Shown here: positions 18,973 to 28,406 of the stretch, one piece after another | How positions within the stretch are numbered: position 1 is the first letter of the stretch | How the letters are laid out: the number at the start of each line of letters is the position of its first letter | Assembly: GCA_041497195.1 (NCBI GenBank) | Contig: JBGQGB010000005.1 | Coordinates: 9,243 to 73,242 of the forward strand | DNA length: 64,000 bases | Reading direction: 5' to 3' | DNA from: Candidatus Doudnabacteria bacterium | GTDB lineage: Bacteria; Patescibacteriota; Doudnabacteria; UBA920; 2-01-FULL-46-14 | The notes under the pieces: generated by a model | The model's input: only the letters and a program-made list of their open reading frames with translations | The model's database searches: none | Told to the model about the DNA's origin: nothing | Position numbers and translations under genes: made by a program

Positions 18973-20490
18973 CTATCTAGCGTACTCCACGACCCGCAGT
19001 TCCCGAATGACCTGCACTTTGATTTCTCCGGGATATTTCAGCTCAGCTTGAATCTTGTTGGCGATTTCGCGGGCCATCTTCATGGCCGCCCAGTCATCGA
19101 CTTTGCTCGGCTCGATAAACACCCGGATTTCCCGGCCGGCCTGGATCGCATAGCTCTTTTCCACGCCCTCAAACGAATTGGTGATTTTTTCCAGTTCTTC
19201 CAGACGTTTGATGTACTGCTCGTAGGTATCTTTGCGCGCGCCCGGCCGGCCACCGGAAATATTGTCGCAGGCGTCCACGATGGCAGCCTCCACGCTGCCG
19301 TGCTCCACGTCCCCGTGGTGGGCAGCAATGGCATTGATGATTTTTTCCGGCAAACCGAACTTTTTGGCAATTTGCACCCCCAGTTCTACGTGCGTTCCTT
19401 CCATATCCTGGTCGAGCGCCTTGCCAATATCGTGCAGCAAACAGCCCTGCTTGACCGCCTGGACATCCGCTCCAAGTTCTTCGGCCATAATTGTGCCGAT
19501 TTTCGCCATTTCAATGGAATGTTTGAGCACATTCTGGCCGTAGGAAGAACGAAAACGCAATCGTCCAATGAGCTGCACCAACTTCGGCGGGAAACTGGTA
19601 ATCCCGAGATCATACACCGCCTCCTCGCCCGCTTCCTTGATCATTTGGCCGACTTCTTTCTTGGCTTTTTCGTAAGCCTCCTCGACTTTGGCGGGGTGAA
19701 TTCGCCCGTCCTGAATGAGTTTTTCCAAAGTGACCTTGGCCACGTATCTGCGGACAGAATTGAATCCGGAAATCACGACTGCATCCGGGGTTTCGTCGAC
19801 AATCACTTCGACGCCCAGCATCTGCTCAAAGGCTTTGATATTGCGGCCTTCTTTGCCAATGATCCGGCCTTTCATTTCTTCATTCGGTAACGGCACGGTC
19901 GTGGTTGTGGTTTCCGTCGAAACCTCGGCACTGGTGCGCTCGATCGCCTGGGTGACGATTTCCCGCGCTTCCCGCTCCGCGTCTTCCCGGGCCTGCGCTA
20001 TCAATTTTTTGGTCAATCCCAAAAGCTCATCGTGCATCTGTTTTTCCGTCTGGTCCAAAAGCACGGTCTTGGCTTCCTCGCGCGTGAGCTTGGCAATCTT
20101 CTCCAAGGCTTCCATTTGTTTGGCTTTGCCGGCAGCCAGGTCATCTCGGCTTTTTTTCAGTTCCTCGGTTTGCTTCTCGAGTCCCAACTTCTGGCGGTCA
20201 AGATCCTTGACCCGCTCATCAAGATCGGTTTCCTTTTTTTCCAAACGGCTCTCCAAACGCAAAATCTGCTGACGGATTTCCGTCTCCTGTTTTTTGGCCT
20301 CTTCAGCTATTTTAAAAGCCTGGTCCTTGGCGGCAAGCAATAGTTCTTTCTCTTTTTGTTTGGCTTCCTCCAAAAGACGCTCGGCCCGGGCCTCGGCCGA
20401 ACCGATCTTGGTCTGCACCTGAAATTTGCGCACAAAATATCCGGCGACCAGAGCGACAACAACAGCGACAATAAAATACAGACTATTCAT
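18973..20490 (-). CDS. rny: ribonuclease Y
   Basis: N-terminal TM helix, coiled-coil, KH domain (GRIIGKEGRNI) and HD domain (HSIEMA...LLHDIGK). Confidence 0.9.
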   Translation of the reverse strand: MNSLYFIVAVVVALVAGYFVRKFQVQTKIGSAEARAERLLEEAKQKEKELLLAAKDQAFKIAEEAKKQETEIRQQILRLESRLEKKETDLDERVKDLDRQKLGLEKQTEELKKSRDDLAAGKAKQMEALEKIAKLTREEAKTVLLDQTEKQMHDELLGLTKKLIAQAREDAEREAREIVTQAIERTSAEVSTETTTTTVPLPNEEMKGRIIGKEGRNIKAFEQMLGVEVIVDETPDAVVISGFNSVRRYVAKVTLEKLIQDGRIHPAKVEEAYEKAKKEVGQMIKEAGEEAVYDLGITSFPPKLVQLIGRLRFRSSYGQNVLKHSIEMAKIGTIMAEELGADVQAVKQGCLLHDIGKALDQDMEGTHVELGVQIAKKFGLPEKIINAIAAHHGDVEHGSVEAAIVDACDNISGGRPGARKDTYEQYIKRLEELEKITNSFEGVEKSYAIQAGREIRVFIEPSKVDDWAAMKMAREIANKIQAELKYPGEIKVQVIRELRVVEYAR

Positions 20491-20806
20491 AAATGAATGA
20501 GTCTGCGCGATGAAAAATCTGGCTTTTTTAGCTTACAACAAAATTAGACCGTCAAGCTACGGTTTGAATGGAAACTATGAGATTGGGGATGCCAAAGATT
20601 GGTACTATTCACAAAACGCTTTGGTAAGCTTGAACTCACAGGAAAGCAGAAAAGCAGTTCTTTAATCGCACAGAACGGTTACCTATAGTTAATTAAATGA
20701 TCAAAGTAATCTAATTATAGCGGAAAAACCTCCTCATTGTCAATCAAAAATTACAAGGCAGGAGGCGAGGTTTCTGAAAAAAGCCAGTTCTTGCTAAAAT
20801 ACTGCT

Positions 20807-22018
20807 ATGTTTGAACGAAAATTCCCTATTCTCAAACGCAAAATCCACGGCCACCGACTGGCCTATTTGGACTCTGCCTCGACCACGCAGAAACCACGAG
20901 AAGTCATTGACGCGATGTCGGATTATTACGAAAATCACAACGCCAACATTCACCGCGGCATTCACACTCTCTCGCAAGAGGCCACTGCAAAATACGAAGG
21001 CGTCCGAGACAAAGTCAAAAAATTTATCAACGCCACCTCCCGCGAAGAAATAATTTTCACGAGTGGGGCGACTGCAGCACTCAATCTCATTGCCGCGACC
21101 TGGGGCGAACAAAACATTAAACGTGGCGATGAAATCTTGCTCACGGAAATGGAGCATCACAGCAACCTCGTCCCTTGGCAAATTATAGCTCGGAAAAAAG
21201 GAGCAAAACTCAAATTTATTCCCATTTCCGAAGCTTACAGCTTACAACTTGCAACTTTACAAAGACTGGTCACTTCTCGAACCAAAATAGTGGCGCTGAC
21301 GCACATCTCTAATGTCCTCGGCACCATCAACGAGCTTTCAGAAATCAGCCAAGCCGCCCATCGCCACGGCGCCATCGTCGTAGCGGACGGGGCTCAGGCC
21401 GGCGGACATTTGCCGATTGACGTGCAAAAACTGGGAGCGGATTTTTACGTTCTAGCCGGACACAAAATGTACGGACCAACAGGGATAGGCGTACTCTATG
21501 GCCGCCGGGAATTGCTCGAAAAGATGCCACCCTACCAAACCGGCGGACACATGGTCAGATCTGTGAGTTGGCAAGCAGCCACCTGGAGTGACCTGCCCGG
21601 GAAATTTGAAGCAGGGACTGCCAATATAGCCGAGGTTATCGGCCTGGGCGCTGCGATTGATTTTTTGAGTTCAGTCGGCTGGGGAAAAATAGCCCGGCAC
21701 GAACAGAACCTGACCAGTGACGCTTTGGATAAACTGCAAAAAATTCCCGGGTTGAAAATTTATGGTCCTACCCGTGCGCAAAACCGGATTGGGGTCATAA
21801 GCTTCACTCTCCGGGACGTGCCGCCGCACGACCTCGCCAGCATCCTTGATGAGCAGGACATTGCCATTCGGACAGGACATCACTGTGCGATGCCGCTGCA
21901 TACCCGATTGGGCATCGAGTCGTCAGCGCGGGTGAGTTTTGGTCTTCACAACAGCAAAAAAGACATTGACGAGTTAATTCGAGGAATCCAACATGCCAGA
22001 CGAATCTTCCAACTATAA
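20807..22018 (+). CDS. sufS: cysteine desulfurase SufS
   Basis: YLDSASTTQKP, PLP-lysine region AGHKMYGPTGIG and active-site RTGHHCA. Confidence 0.9.
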   Translation: MFERKFPILKRKIHGHRLAYLDSASTTQKPREVIDAMSDYYENHNANIHRGIHTLSQEATAKYEGVRDKVKKFINATSREEIIFTSGATAALNLIAATWGEQNIKRGDEILLTEMEHHSNLVPWQIIARKKGAKLKFIPISEAYSLQLATLQRLVTSRTKIVALTHISNVLGTINELSEISQAAHRHGAIVVADGAQAGGHLPIDVQKLGADFYVLAGHKMYGPTGIGVLYGRRELLEKMPPYQTGGHMVRSVSWQAATWSDLPGKFEAGTANIAEVIGLGAAIDFLSSVGWGKIARHEQNLTSDALDKLQKIPGLKIYGPTRAQNRIGVISFTLRDVPPHDLASILDEQDIAIRTGHHCAMPLHTRLGIESSARVSFGLHNSKKDIDELIRGIQHARRIFQL

Positions 22019-22364
22019 TCCAATTGTCCTCGCACACTACCGCCACCCGCGAAATTTTGGTATACTAGAGAACGCGAGCCACAAACGAAATGATCTCAAT
22101 CCCCTGTGCGGAGACGAGATCACGATTTATCTCCAAACTGCCGGACCGCGAATCGAAAAAATGACCTACGAAGCGCGCGGTTGCGCTCTCAGTATCGCGG
22201 CGGCTTCGGTCCTTTCCGAGTTTGTCAGAAATAAAAAGTTTCCGGAAATCAAAAACTTACGCTCCGCTGACATGGCCAAACTTCTGGAAATTCCACAAAC
22301 AAGCGCAGCGCGAGAAAGCTGTCTGACTCTGGCTTTACAATCTCTCAATAAATTAATTTCCTAA
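21993..22364 (+). CDS. sufU: SUF-type Fe-S cluster scaffold SufU/NifU-like
   Basis: NPLCGDE and ARGCALS motifs. Confidence 0.85.
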   Translation: MPDESSNYNPIVLAHYRHPRNFGILENASHKRNDLNPLCGDEITIYLQTAGPRIEKMTYEARGCALSIAAASVLSEFVRNKKFPEIKNLRSADMAKLLEIPQTSAARESCLTLALQSLNKLIS

Positions 22365-22379
22365 AGGAGAAACTAATAT

Positions 22380-22961
22380 ATGAAATTCGAATTGCCCAAG
22401 CTGCCCTATTCCTATGACGCGCTGGAGCCGCACATCGACGCCAAGACTATGGAAATCCACCACACCAAGCATCACCAAACTTATGTGGACAAACTCAATG
22501 CCGCAGTGGAAAAATACGAATCGCTCCAGGACATGAGCGTGGAGGATTTGCTGCGAAACCTCGATTCGCTCAAAGTCGAAGAGGCTGACCGAACTGCCAT
22601 CAGAAACCATGGCGGCGGACACGCCAATCATTCTTTGTTCTGGCAAATCATGGGACCGAAAAAAAAGACTGATGAAAAACTGGTCTCAGAAATCAAAAGC
22701 ACTTTCGGCTCTGTGGAAGAGTTTAAAAAACAATTTACTGATACTGCCACCAAGCTGTTCGGCAGCGGCTGGGCCTGGCTCGCGCGGGACGAAAACGGCA
22801 AACTCCATCTACATGGCCTTCCCAACCAGGACTCACCCCTTTTGCACGGGCACGCACCAATCATCGGCCTCGATGTATGGGAGCATGCCTATTATCTCAA
22901 GTACCAAAATCGGAGGCCAGAATACATCGAAAACTGGTGGAGTGTGCTGAAATTGGTATAA
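22380..22961 (+). CDS. sodA: Fe/Mn superoxide dismutase
   Basis: [14 protein letters not shown] metal ligands. Confidence 0.9.
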   Translation: MKFELPKLPYSYDALEPHIDAKTMEIHHTKHHQTYVDKLNAAVEKYESLQDMSVEDLLRNLDSLKVEEADRTAIRNHGGGHANHSLFWQIMGPKKKTDEKLVSEIKSTFGSVEEFKKQFTDTATKLFGSGWAWLARDENGKLHLHGLPNQDSPLLHGHAPIIGLDVWEHAYYLKYQNRRPEYIENWWSVLKLV

Positions 22962-23015
22962 AAAAATAGGCGAAACCAAAATTACTTTGATTCCGCCCTT
23001 AATGATTTTTACCGC

Positions 23016-23864
23016 CTACCTTTCTCGCCTAGCAAGCAGCTTGATTGCAGCCAAGTTGTGCGGGAAGTTAATTTCAGGGGTGAACGATAAGATGTTCAAT
23101 CTCAAAAGGTTGCCATCGACTGAAACCCCCTCTTCAACAACGTAAGTACTATCCGTTCTGCCACACGTCAAGCTGTCTATTTCTTGGCTACAGGCCTTTA
23201 CGGCAGAATTGGCCAGGACATCCGAGACAACGCTAGGCTTCACCGAAGTTTCACAACGAAGATGGAGGTTACCATGATAAACATAATTGTCATGGGGTAT
23301 GCCTCGCATATAGACCACATCTACCCTAGCAGGAATTCCGGTCAAGGCACTTATTTCTTCCCCGGATTCGTATCCCATGTCAAGCATCCGATCTTTATTG
23401 TTTACCTTGGCGTGAAAGGTATAGATTGATTGAATGTCCAAAGCGCCCTGCAGCGCAACTACCACGTTCAAGGTCGCAAGCGCAGAACACCTGGCAATCT
23501 TTACATAACAGGAAGAAATCCCGGTACTCAAAGGTGCGTAGAAAAGCTCGCACAGTGACGAACTTTCACCATTTTGGAAAATGGCTGGAATTCCGAACTC
23601 TTGGTAAAGCGCCAAGTTAACCGGCCCTTGACCCTTACTGGTGCAATCAACTATGACTTGGGTTTGAGAAAAAATTTCATGAGGCACCATTTGCCAAGTG
23701 CTGTAAGCCGATAGGTGAAGTCTTCTGATCTCTTCTCGTTTTCGCCCATCCCATTCAATTACATACATAATTTTGACCCAGTCACTTTGTCTGGTAAGTA
23801 ACCATGTTACAAATTGAGAGCCAAATTCCCCATAACCAACTATAGCAATCCTGATCTGGTTCAT
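23016..23864 (-). CDS. archaeal-type (class II) glyceraldehyde-3-phosphate dehydrogenase-like NAD(P)-dependent oxidoreductase
   Basis: N-terminal IAIVGYGEFG Rossmann motif; DCTSKGQG...ALYQEFGIPAIFQNGE and a conserved Cys in IARCSALATLN; similarity to archaeal Gap recalled from memory, not searched. Confidence 0.45.
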   Translation of the reverse strand: MNQIRIAIVGYGEFGSQFVTWLLTRQSDWVKIMYVIEWDGRKREEIRRLHLSAYSTWQMVPHEIFSQTQVIVDCTSKGQGPVNLALYQEFGIPAIFQNGESSSLCELFYAPLSTGISSCYVKIARCSALATLNVVVALQGALDIQSIYTFHAKVNNKDRMLDMGYESGEEISALTGIPARVDVVYMRGIPHDNYVYHGNLHLRCETSVKPSVVSDVLANSAVKACSQEIDSLTCGRTDSTYVVEEGVSVDGNLLRLNILSFTPEINFPHNLAAIKLLARRER

Positions 23865-23920
23865 TGTTTCCTCCTGCAGACTTTTTAAAACATCAATTCA
23901 TGAGCATTGAGAATGAGTAC

Positions 23921-23953
23921 AAAAAAACTCCTGGCAAAGAGGCCAGGAGTTTT
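23921..23953. terminator. bidirectional intrinsic terminator (ctcctggc-aaaga-ggccaggag flanked by A/T runs)
   Basis: Perfect 8-bp stem between the rplS operon and the GAPDH-like gene. Confidence 0.6.
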
Positions 23954-24050
23954 GAGTAGAATCGTTATTATGTCAACTCAAAATTTCTGGTCTCTCGTAA
24001 GCCAGTAAAATAAAAAGAAAATTTTGAGCTAGAGTTTAACATATGGGCTA

Positions 24051-24425
24051 TTATTTTTTGAATGTTTTAATTTTCGCCTCTTGACCCAATCGAGTGTAAT
24101 ACAGTTTCGATTTTCTGGCGCGGCCGTCGCGAACCAATTCAATCTTGGCAACAGTCGGCGCGTGAATCGGAAACACCCGCTCCACCCCGACACCCGAAGC
24201 AATCCGCCGAACAGTAATAGTGGCATTGATGCCGCTGCCGTGCTTGGCTGCGATGATTTGGCCTTCAAACATCTGGGTGCGTTCCTTGTAATCAGTAATT
24301 TTCCCGGATTTGGCATCCACCACTGGCTCTTTGATCCGCTGGTGCACGCGCACAATTTGCCCGCTGCGTAATTGCGGAAGGTCTGGTTTGAGATGGTCTT
24401 TGGTGAGCTCTTTGGTGTATGCCAT
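24051..24425 (-). CDS. rplS: 50S ribosomal protein L19
   Basis: Full-length match to the L19 family pattern. Confidence 0.9.
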   Translation of the reverse strand: MAYTKELTKDHLKPDLPQLRSGQIVRVHQRIKEPVVDAKSGKITDYKERTQMFEGQIIAAKHGSGINATITVRRIASGVGVERVFPIHAPTVAKIELVRDGRARKSKLYYTRLGQEAKIKTFKK

Positions 24426-24471
24426 AAAAATTCACTTGCTGCTTTTTGCCGAGCCGAGGGCCCTGCAAAGT

Positions 24472-25401
24472 TCAGGGACTGACTGATTCTAATTTATCCA
24501 AAACACTTTGTAAATCCTGGGGTAATGCGGACTGCAGCTCAAGCCATGTCCCGTCTGGCAAGCGAAACTCCAAACGGGCGGCGTGGAGGAATTGCCGCTT
24601 GAGCAACTCAGCCAATTTCTGCGACTCTGGCTTGCCGTAGAGACTGTCGCCCATCACGGGATGATGCTCAGATGCCAAATGTACCCGAATCTGGTGAGTA
24701 CGACCTGTAAACAATTTTACCCGAATTAAAGTGTAATGGTCAAGGCCTAGGCGATAATAGGACTGGGCCCAATATTCGGTGAGGGCCGGTTTCCCCTGTT
24801 CATCGACGCGCACTTTGCTCTGCCCGCGTTGGCCGATTTTGGTCAAAGGTCGGTCAATTTGGCCGTGCTTGTGCGCCTGCCCATACACCAAAGACAGGTA
24901 CTCTTTGGTGATTTGCCTGGAATTAAATAAAGCCCTGAGATATTGATATGCTGTTTCTGTTTTGGCCAAGATCACCAGCCCGGAAGTGTCTTTGTCCAGA
25001 CGATGGACCACACCCGGCCGACCTTTCTCCCCGACCGTGGTCAATTCGGGAAAACGCGGCAGCAGCCTGGCGACTACGCTGTCGGTTTGAATTTTACTGG
25101 TCGCATACACGGGGATTCCAGCTGGTTTCTCGACTACCAGAAGGTCTGCATTTTCGTATTTAACTGATACGCTTCCCACACTGGCAGCACTGGACGCAGA
25201 CTGCCCATAACGAAACACTGCCCTATCGCCATTTTTCAGTAAAGTTCCTGGCTTACGCACAGTCTGGCCATTAATGCTTAAATTGCCACGCTCAATCGCG
25301 CGCTGGATATCCCGGCGGGTGAGGGCAGGCAAGGATTGGGCCAAAAATTTATCAGCGCGAAACGCCGCCCCCTGGTCATAGATTGTGCGGAAACTTTTCA
25401 T
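24472..25401 (-). CDS. RluA-family 23S rRNA pseudouridine synthase (RluD-like, S4 domain plus catalytic HRLDKDTSG)
   Basis: S4 domain, catalytic Asp motif; start at MKSFRT in ATGA overlap with dedA. Confidence 0.8.
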   Translation of the reverse strand: MKSFRTIYDQGAAFRADKFLAQSLPALTRRDIQRAIERGNLSINGQTVRKPGTLLKNGDRAVFRYGQSASSAASVGSVSVKYENADLLVVEKPAGIPVYATSKIQTDSVVARLLPRFPELTTVGEKGRPGVVHRLDKDTSGLVILAKTETAYQYLRALFNSRQITKEYLSLVYGQAHKHGQIDRPLTKIGQRGQSKVRVDEQGKPALTEYWAQSYYRLGLDHYTLIRVKLFTGRTHQIRVHLASEHHPVMGDSLYGKPESQKLAELLKRQFLHAARLEFRLPDGTWLELQSALPQDLQSVLDKLESVSP

Positions 25402-26018
25402 GGCTCGTTGTAATTGGAGCGGGCTTTCCAGACGGCAAATCTTTGCGAAATATATTGGCCGAACCAAAATTTATAAACCAAAAAGGAGGCTAAAAGAAAA
25501 AACAAAACCAGGCCGGTGCGCGACAAAAACTTGCTGATGTCAGTGGCGTAGCGGCCGAAATAATATCCCAAAATCGCCAAACTTCCGGTCCAGATGATTC
25601 CTCCGGGTATGGTATATTTCAAAACCTTCGGGTAGTTGATCCGCGTCACGCCAGCCAGAACAAACGTACTTTGTGCCAAACCAGTCAAAACCTTGGCGCT
25701 GAAAAAGATTTTGCCCGGATGCTGTTCGAATCTGTCTTTCAGTTTTTGCAATGATTGGTTGCCCTGGTCAATTTGAGAAATTTTAAGCTTTTTTAAAACC
25801 TTTGGACCACCGTGATATCCCGACCAATAATAAATTGTGTCGGAAATCAAATCAGAAATCACCCCCAAAACGATGACTGCCAAAAGATTGAAAAAACCCA
25901 AAGAGCAAAGAAACCCCATCACTATTGTAATGATCGGTCCCTCCAGAATCATGATCGGGACCGCGACGAAATACCCGTATCGGATGAGAAATAGCAAAAT
26001 CGCGGGAAGGGCATTCAT
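25398..26018 (-). CDS. DedA/SNARE-associated (VTT domain) membrane protein
   Basis: VTT-domain pattern, ATGA overlaps on both sides. Confidence 0.7.
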   Translation of the reverse strand: MNALPAILLFLIRYGYFVAVPIMILEGPIITIVMGFLCSLGFFNLLAVIVLGVISDLISDTIYYWSGYHGGPKVLKKLKISQIDQGNQSLQKLKDRFEQHPGKIFFSAKVLTGLAQSTFVLAGVTRINYPKVLKYTIPGGIIWTGSLAILGYYFGRYATDISKFLSRTGLVLFFLLASFLVYKFWFGQYISQRFAVWKARSNYNEP

Positions 26019-26725
26019 AAAAGATCAGGTCGTTTTTTTTTCGTCGATTTAAGGCTTTCAGCTTGGCGCCACGCCTCGATTTTTTGGTGATTGCCGGAGA
26101 GCAAAACCGCGGGAACATTTCGCAACTTGCCTTTAATTTTTATGCTTTCCGGACGGGTATAGTGTGAATATTCCAAAAAACTCATCCGCTGTTTTGCGAC
26201 TATTCCTTTGGTCTTATTAAAAGATTCGTCTGTCAGTGAGGACTGCTTGCCAATCGCCCCGGGCAACAATCTGGTAATTGCTTCCATCAAAACCATGGCT
26301 GGTACTTCGCCGCCAAACAAAACGTAATCGCCGATGGAAATTTCCTCATCCGCAACGTATTGTATCACCCGTTCGTCAATGCCTTCATACCGGCCGCAAA
26401 TCATGACAATTTGCGGATATTTTGCCAGTCTGCGCGCAGTGCCTTGATTGAAGGTTTTTCCTTTGGCGGAAAAAGCGATGACGTGAGTTTGCTTGGTTTT
26501 TTTCAAATCTTGCACTGCTTTTTGAATTGGTTCCACCAGCATCACCATCCCCGCCCCACCGCCATAAGGCCTGTCATCGACACTCTGGTGCGCATCTGTC
26601 GTCCAATCGCGGAGGTTGTGGGTATTGATGGAGATAATTTTTTTCTTCTGTGACCGCGCAATCAGGGCTTCGTTTTTGAAGCTTGTAAAAATATCGGGAA
26701 AGATTGTGAGAATATCAAAACGCAT
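26015..26725 (-). CDS. trmD: tRNA (guanine37-N1)-methyltransferase TrmD
   Basis: MRFDILTIFPD N-terminus and SPOUT-knot motifs. Confidence 0.9.
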   Translation of the reverse strand: MRFDILTIFPDIFTSFKNEALIARSQKKKIISINTHNLRDWTTDAHQSVDDRPYGGGAGMVMLVEPIQKAVQDLKKTKQTHVIAFSAKGKTFNQGTARRLAKYPQIVMICGRYEGIDERVIQYVADEEISIGDYVLFGGEVPAMVLMEAITRLLPGAIGKQSSLTDESFNKTKGIVAKQRMSFLEYSHYTRPESIKIKGKLRNVPAVLLSGNHQKIEAWRQAESLKSTKKKRPDLL

Positions 26726-26791
26726 GAATGTATTTTACCATACAAAAACCCTCCTGCTAAATCAGGAGGGTTTGATTGCGAAGTAGAATCC

Positions 26792-27121
26792 TTAGAGTTT
26801 GAAATCTTCCATTGCGTCCGGCGCTTCCTCGGTCGAGGAAGAGTCCGCTGCTTGCGGCCTGTCTCGGCGGCCACCTTCCGGCTCCACGATCTTGAGATTG
26901 ACGCGAGCTTTGTGCTTGGCACCCACGACCCGCAAAAGGGTCCGCAGGGCTTTGGCAGTCTGTCCGCTCCGGCCAATCACCTGTCCCATGTCTTCGGGAT
27001 GGAGATGAAGGCTGATGAGCACTCCCATTTCGTCAACCGTGCGCTCGGTTTTCACATCGTCGGGATGATCTACGAGCGATTTTACGACAAAGTCGACAAA
27101 AGCGACATCTTGGTCAGCCAT
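26792..27121 (-). CDS. KH-domain RNA-binding protein (KhpA/YlqC-like) with acidic C-terminal tail
   Basis: VIGRSGQTAKALRTLL KH GxxG-type motif; position between rpsP and trmD. Confidence 0.75.
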   Translation of the reverse strand: MADQDVAFVDFVVKSLVDHPDDVKTERTVDEMGVLISLHLHPEDMGQVIGRSGQTAKALRTLLRVVGAKHKARVNLKIVEPEGGRRDRPQAADSSSTEEAPDAMEDFKL

Positions 27122-27289
27122 TTGAGAATTTCCTTTGCCTTACTGATAAACAAAAAGCCAGAAATTACGACCTTACTGGCATCAAAAGAACTGCCCACAA
27201 TTTAGCAAATAAAATTATTTTTGTCAACCAAAAAATAAAAACCCGAACTTTTGTCGGGTCGAAATAAATCTCGGCTTGATGAACAACAA

Positions 27290-27709
27290 TTAATTTGCAA
27301 CTGGGGGCGTCGGTTGCTCGAGAGAATCTTTTTCGGCAGGGGTTTCAGTCTTGGTTTCTGCAACAGGAGCTTCCGTTGGGGCCTTTTCTTGCCCTGGCGC
27401 GGCCGGAGTCGCGGCAGTTTCAGCAGTCGCGTCTTTCTTTACCTTTGGCCGCCAGGCTTTGACCTTGGCCCCGCTGAGAAGCCCTTTGGTGATCAAAAGA
27501 TTTCTGACCGTTGGAGAAATCTCCGCGTGCTGCGCCACCCAGTAGGTGAGGCGGTCTTGATTCTTGACGCCAAATTCTTTGGTGCGCGGGTTGTAATGTC
27601 CCAAAACCTCGAGCACCTGTTTCTTGGCCGCGCGGTATTTTTCCGCCAAAACAATGCGAAAACTCGCCTGATTTTTCTTGCCAACTCGTTGGAGTCGGAT
27701 AGTTAACAT
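27290..27709 (-). CDS. rpsP: 30S ribosomal protein S16 with Ala/Pro/Glu-rich C-terminal extension
   Basis: MLTIRLQRVGKKNQASFRIV N-terminus. Confidence 0.9.
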   Translation of the reverse strand: MLTIRLQRVGKKNQASFRIVLAEKYRAAKKQVLEVLGHYNPRTKEFGVKNQDRLTYWVAQHAEISPTVRNLLITKGLLSGAKVKAWRPKVKKDATAETAATPAAPGQEKAPTEAPVAETKTETPAEKDSLEQPTPPVAN

Positions 27710-27779
27710 ATAGCCAATTCTAAGCTATTTTTTTTCTGATGTCAAACCTCGCCATATCAGCGCCTAAGCGTCAAAAAAA

Positions 27780-28397
27780 TTACTTCACCCGATTCTTCAG
27801 ATGCCTTCTCACCCACCAAGTAATCCCAATAACCGCGGCCAAAACTATCAGCAAATCAACTTTTTGGAAAATCGGATGCAAGGCTTCCCAATTCTGCGCC
27901 AATTTCAACCCTATCCATCCCAAAAACAGGGACCATAGAAAGGACCCGATAAAACACGTCACGCTAAACTGCCAAAACTTCACCCGCGTGACACCGGCGG
28001 GAAGCGAAATATAAGTGCGGACCACTGGCACCATCCGCCCCAAAAACGTAGCCCAATGTCCAAAGCGATTGAAAAACCCATCAACCATTTCCAAATCTTC
28101 ATACGTCACAAAAACGAGGTGCCCATATTTGCGTACCAGGGGCCGGCCCCCGTATTTACCGATAAAATAAGTCAGCCACGACCCCAGAACCGAACCGATG
28201 GCACCGGCTAAAGCAATGCCCAGAAGCGTAAACCGACCAGCATGAACGAGAAATCCGGAAAACGGCATGATGATTTCCGAGGGCAGAGGAATAGCAGCTG
28301 ATTCCAGGCCCATCAGAAACATGATGCCAACATAGCCTCCCGAGTTGATGACTTGCAAAATGAAACCGGTGACACTTGCCAATAGATGGCTGAGCAT
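27780..28397 (-). CDS. DedA family membrane protein (second copy)
   Basis: VTT-domain pattern (GYVGIMFLMGLESAAIPLPSE). Confidence 0.7.
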   Translation of the reverse strand: MLSHLLASVTGFILQVINSGGYVGIMFLMGLESAAIPLPSEIIMPFSGFLVHAGRFTLLGIALAGAIGSVLGSWLTYFIGKYGGRPLVRKYGHLVFVTYEDLEMVDGFFNRFGHWATFLGRMVPVVRTYISLPAGVTRVKFWQFSVTCFIGSFLWSLFLGWIGLKLAQNWEALHPIFQKVDLLIVLAAVIGITWWVRRHLKNRVK

Positions 28398-28406
28398 GAA
28401 AATGTA

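Noticed and set aside
21804-22046. Small ORFs overlapping the sufS 3' end on the minus strand
   Set aside because: Internal to a strongly supported gene on the opposite strand
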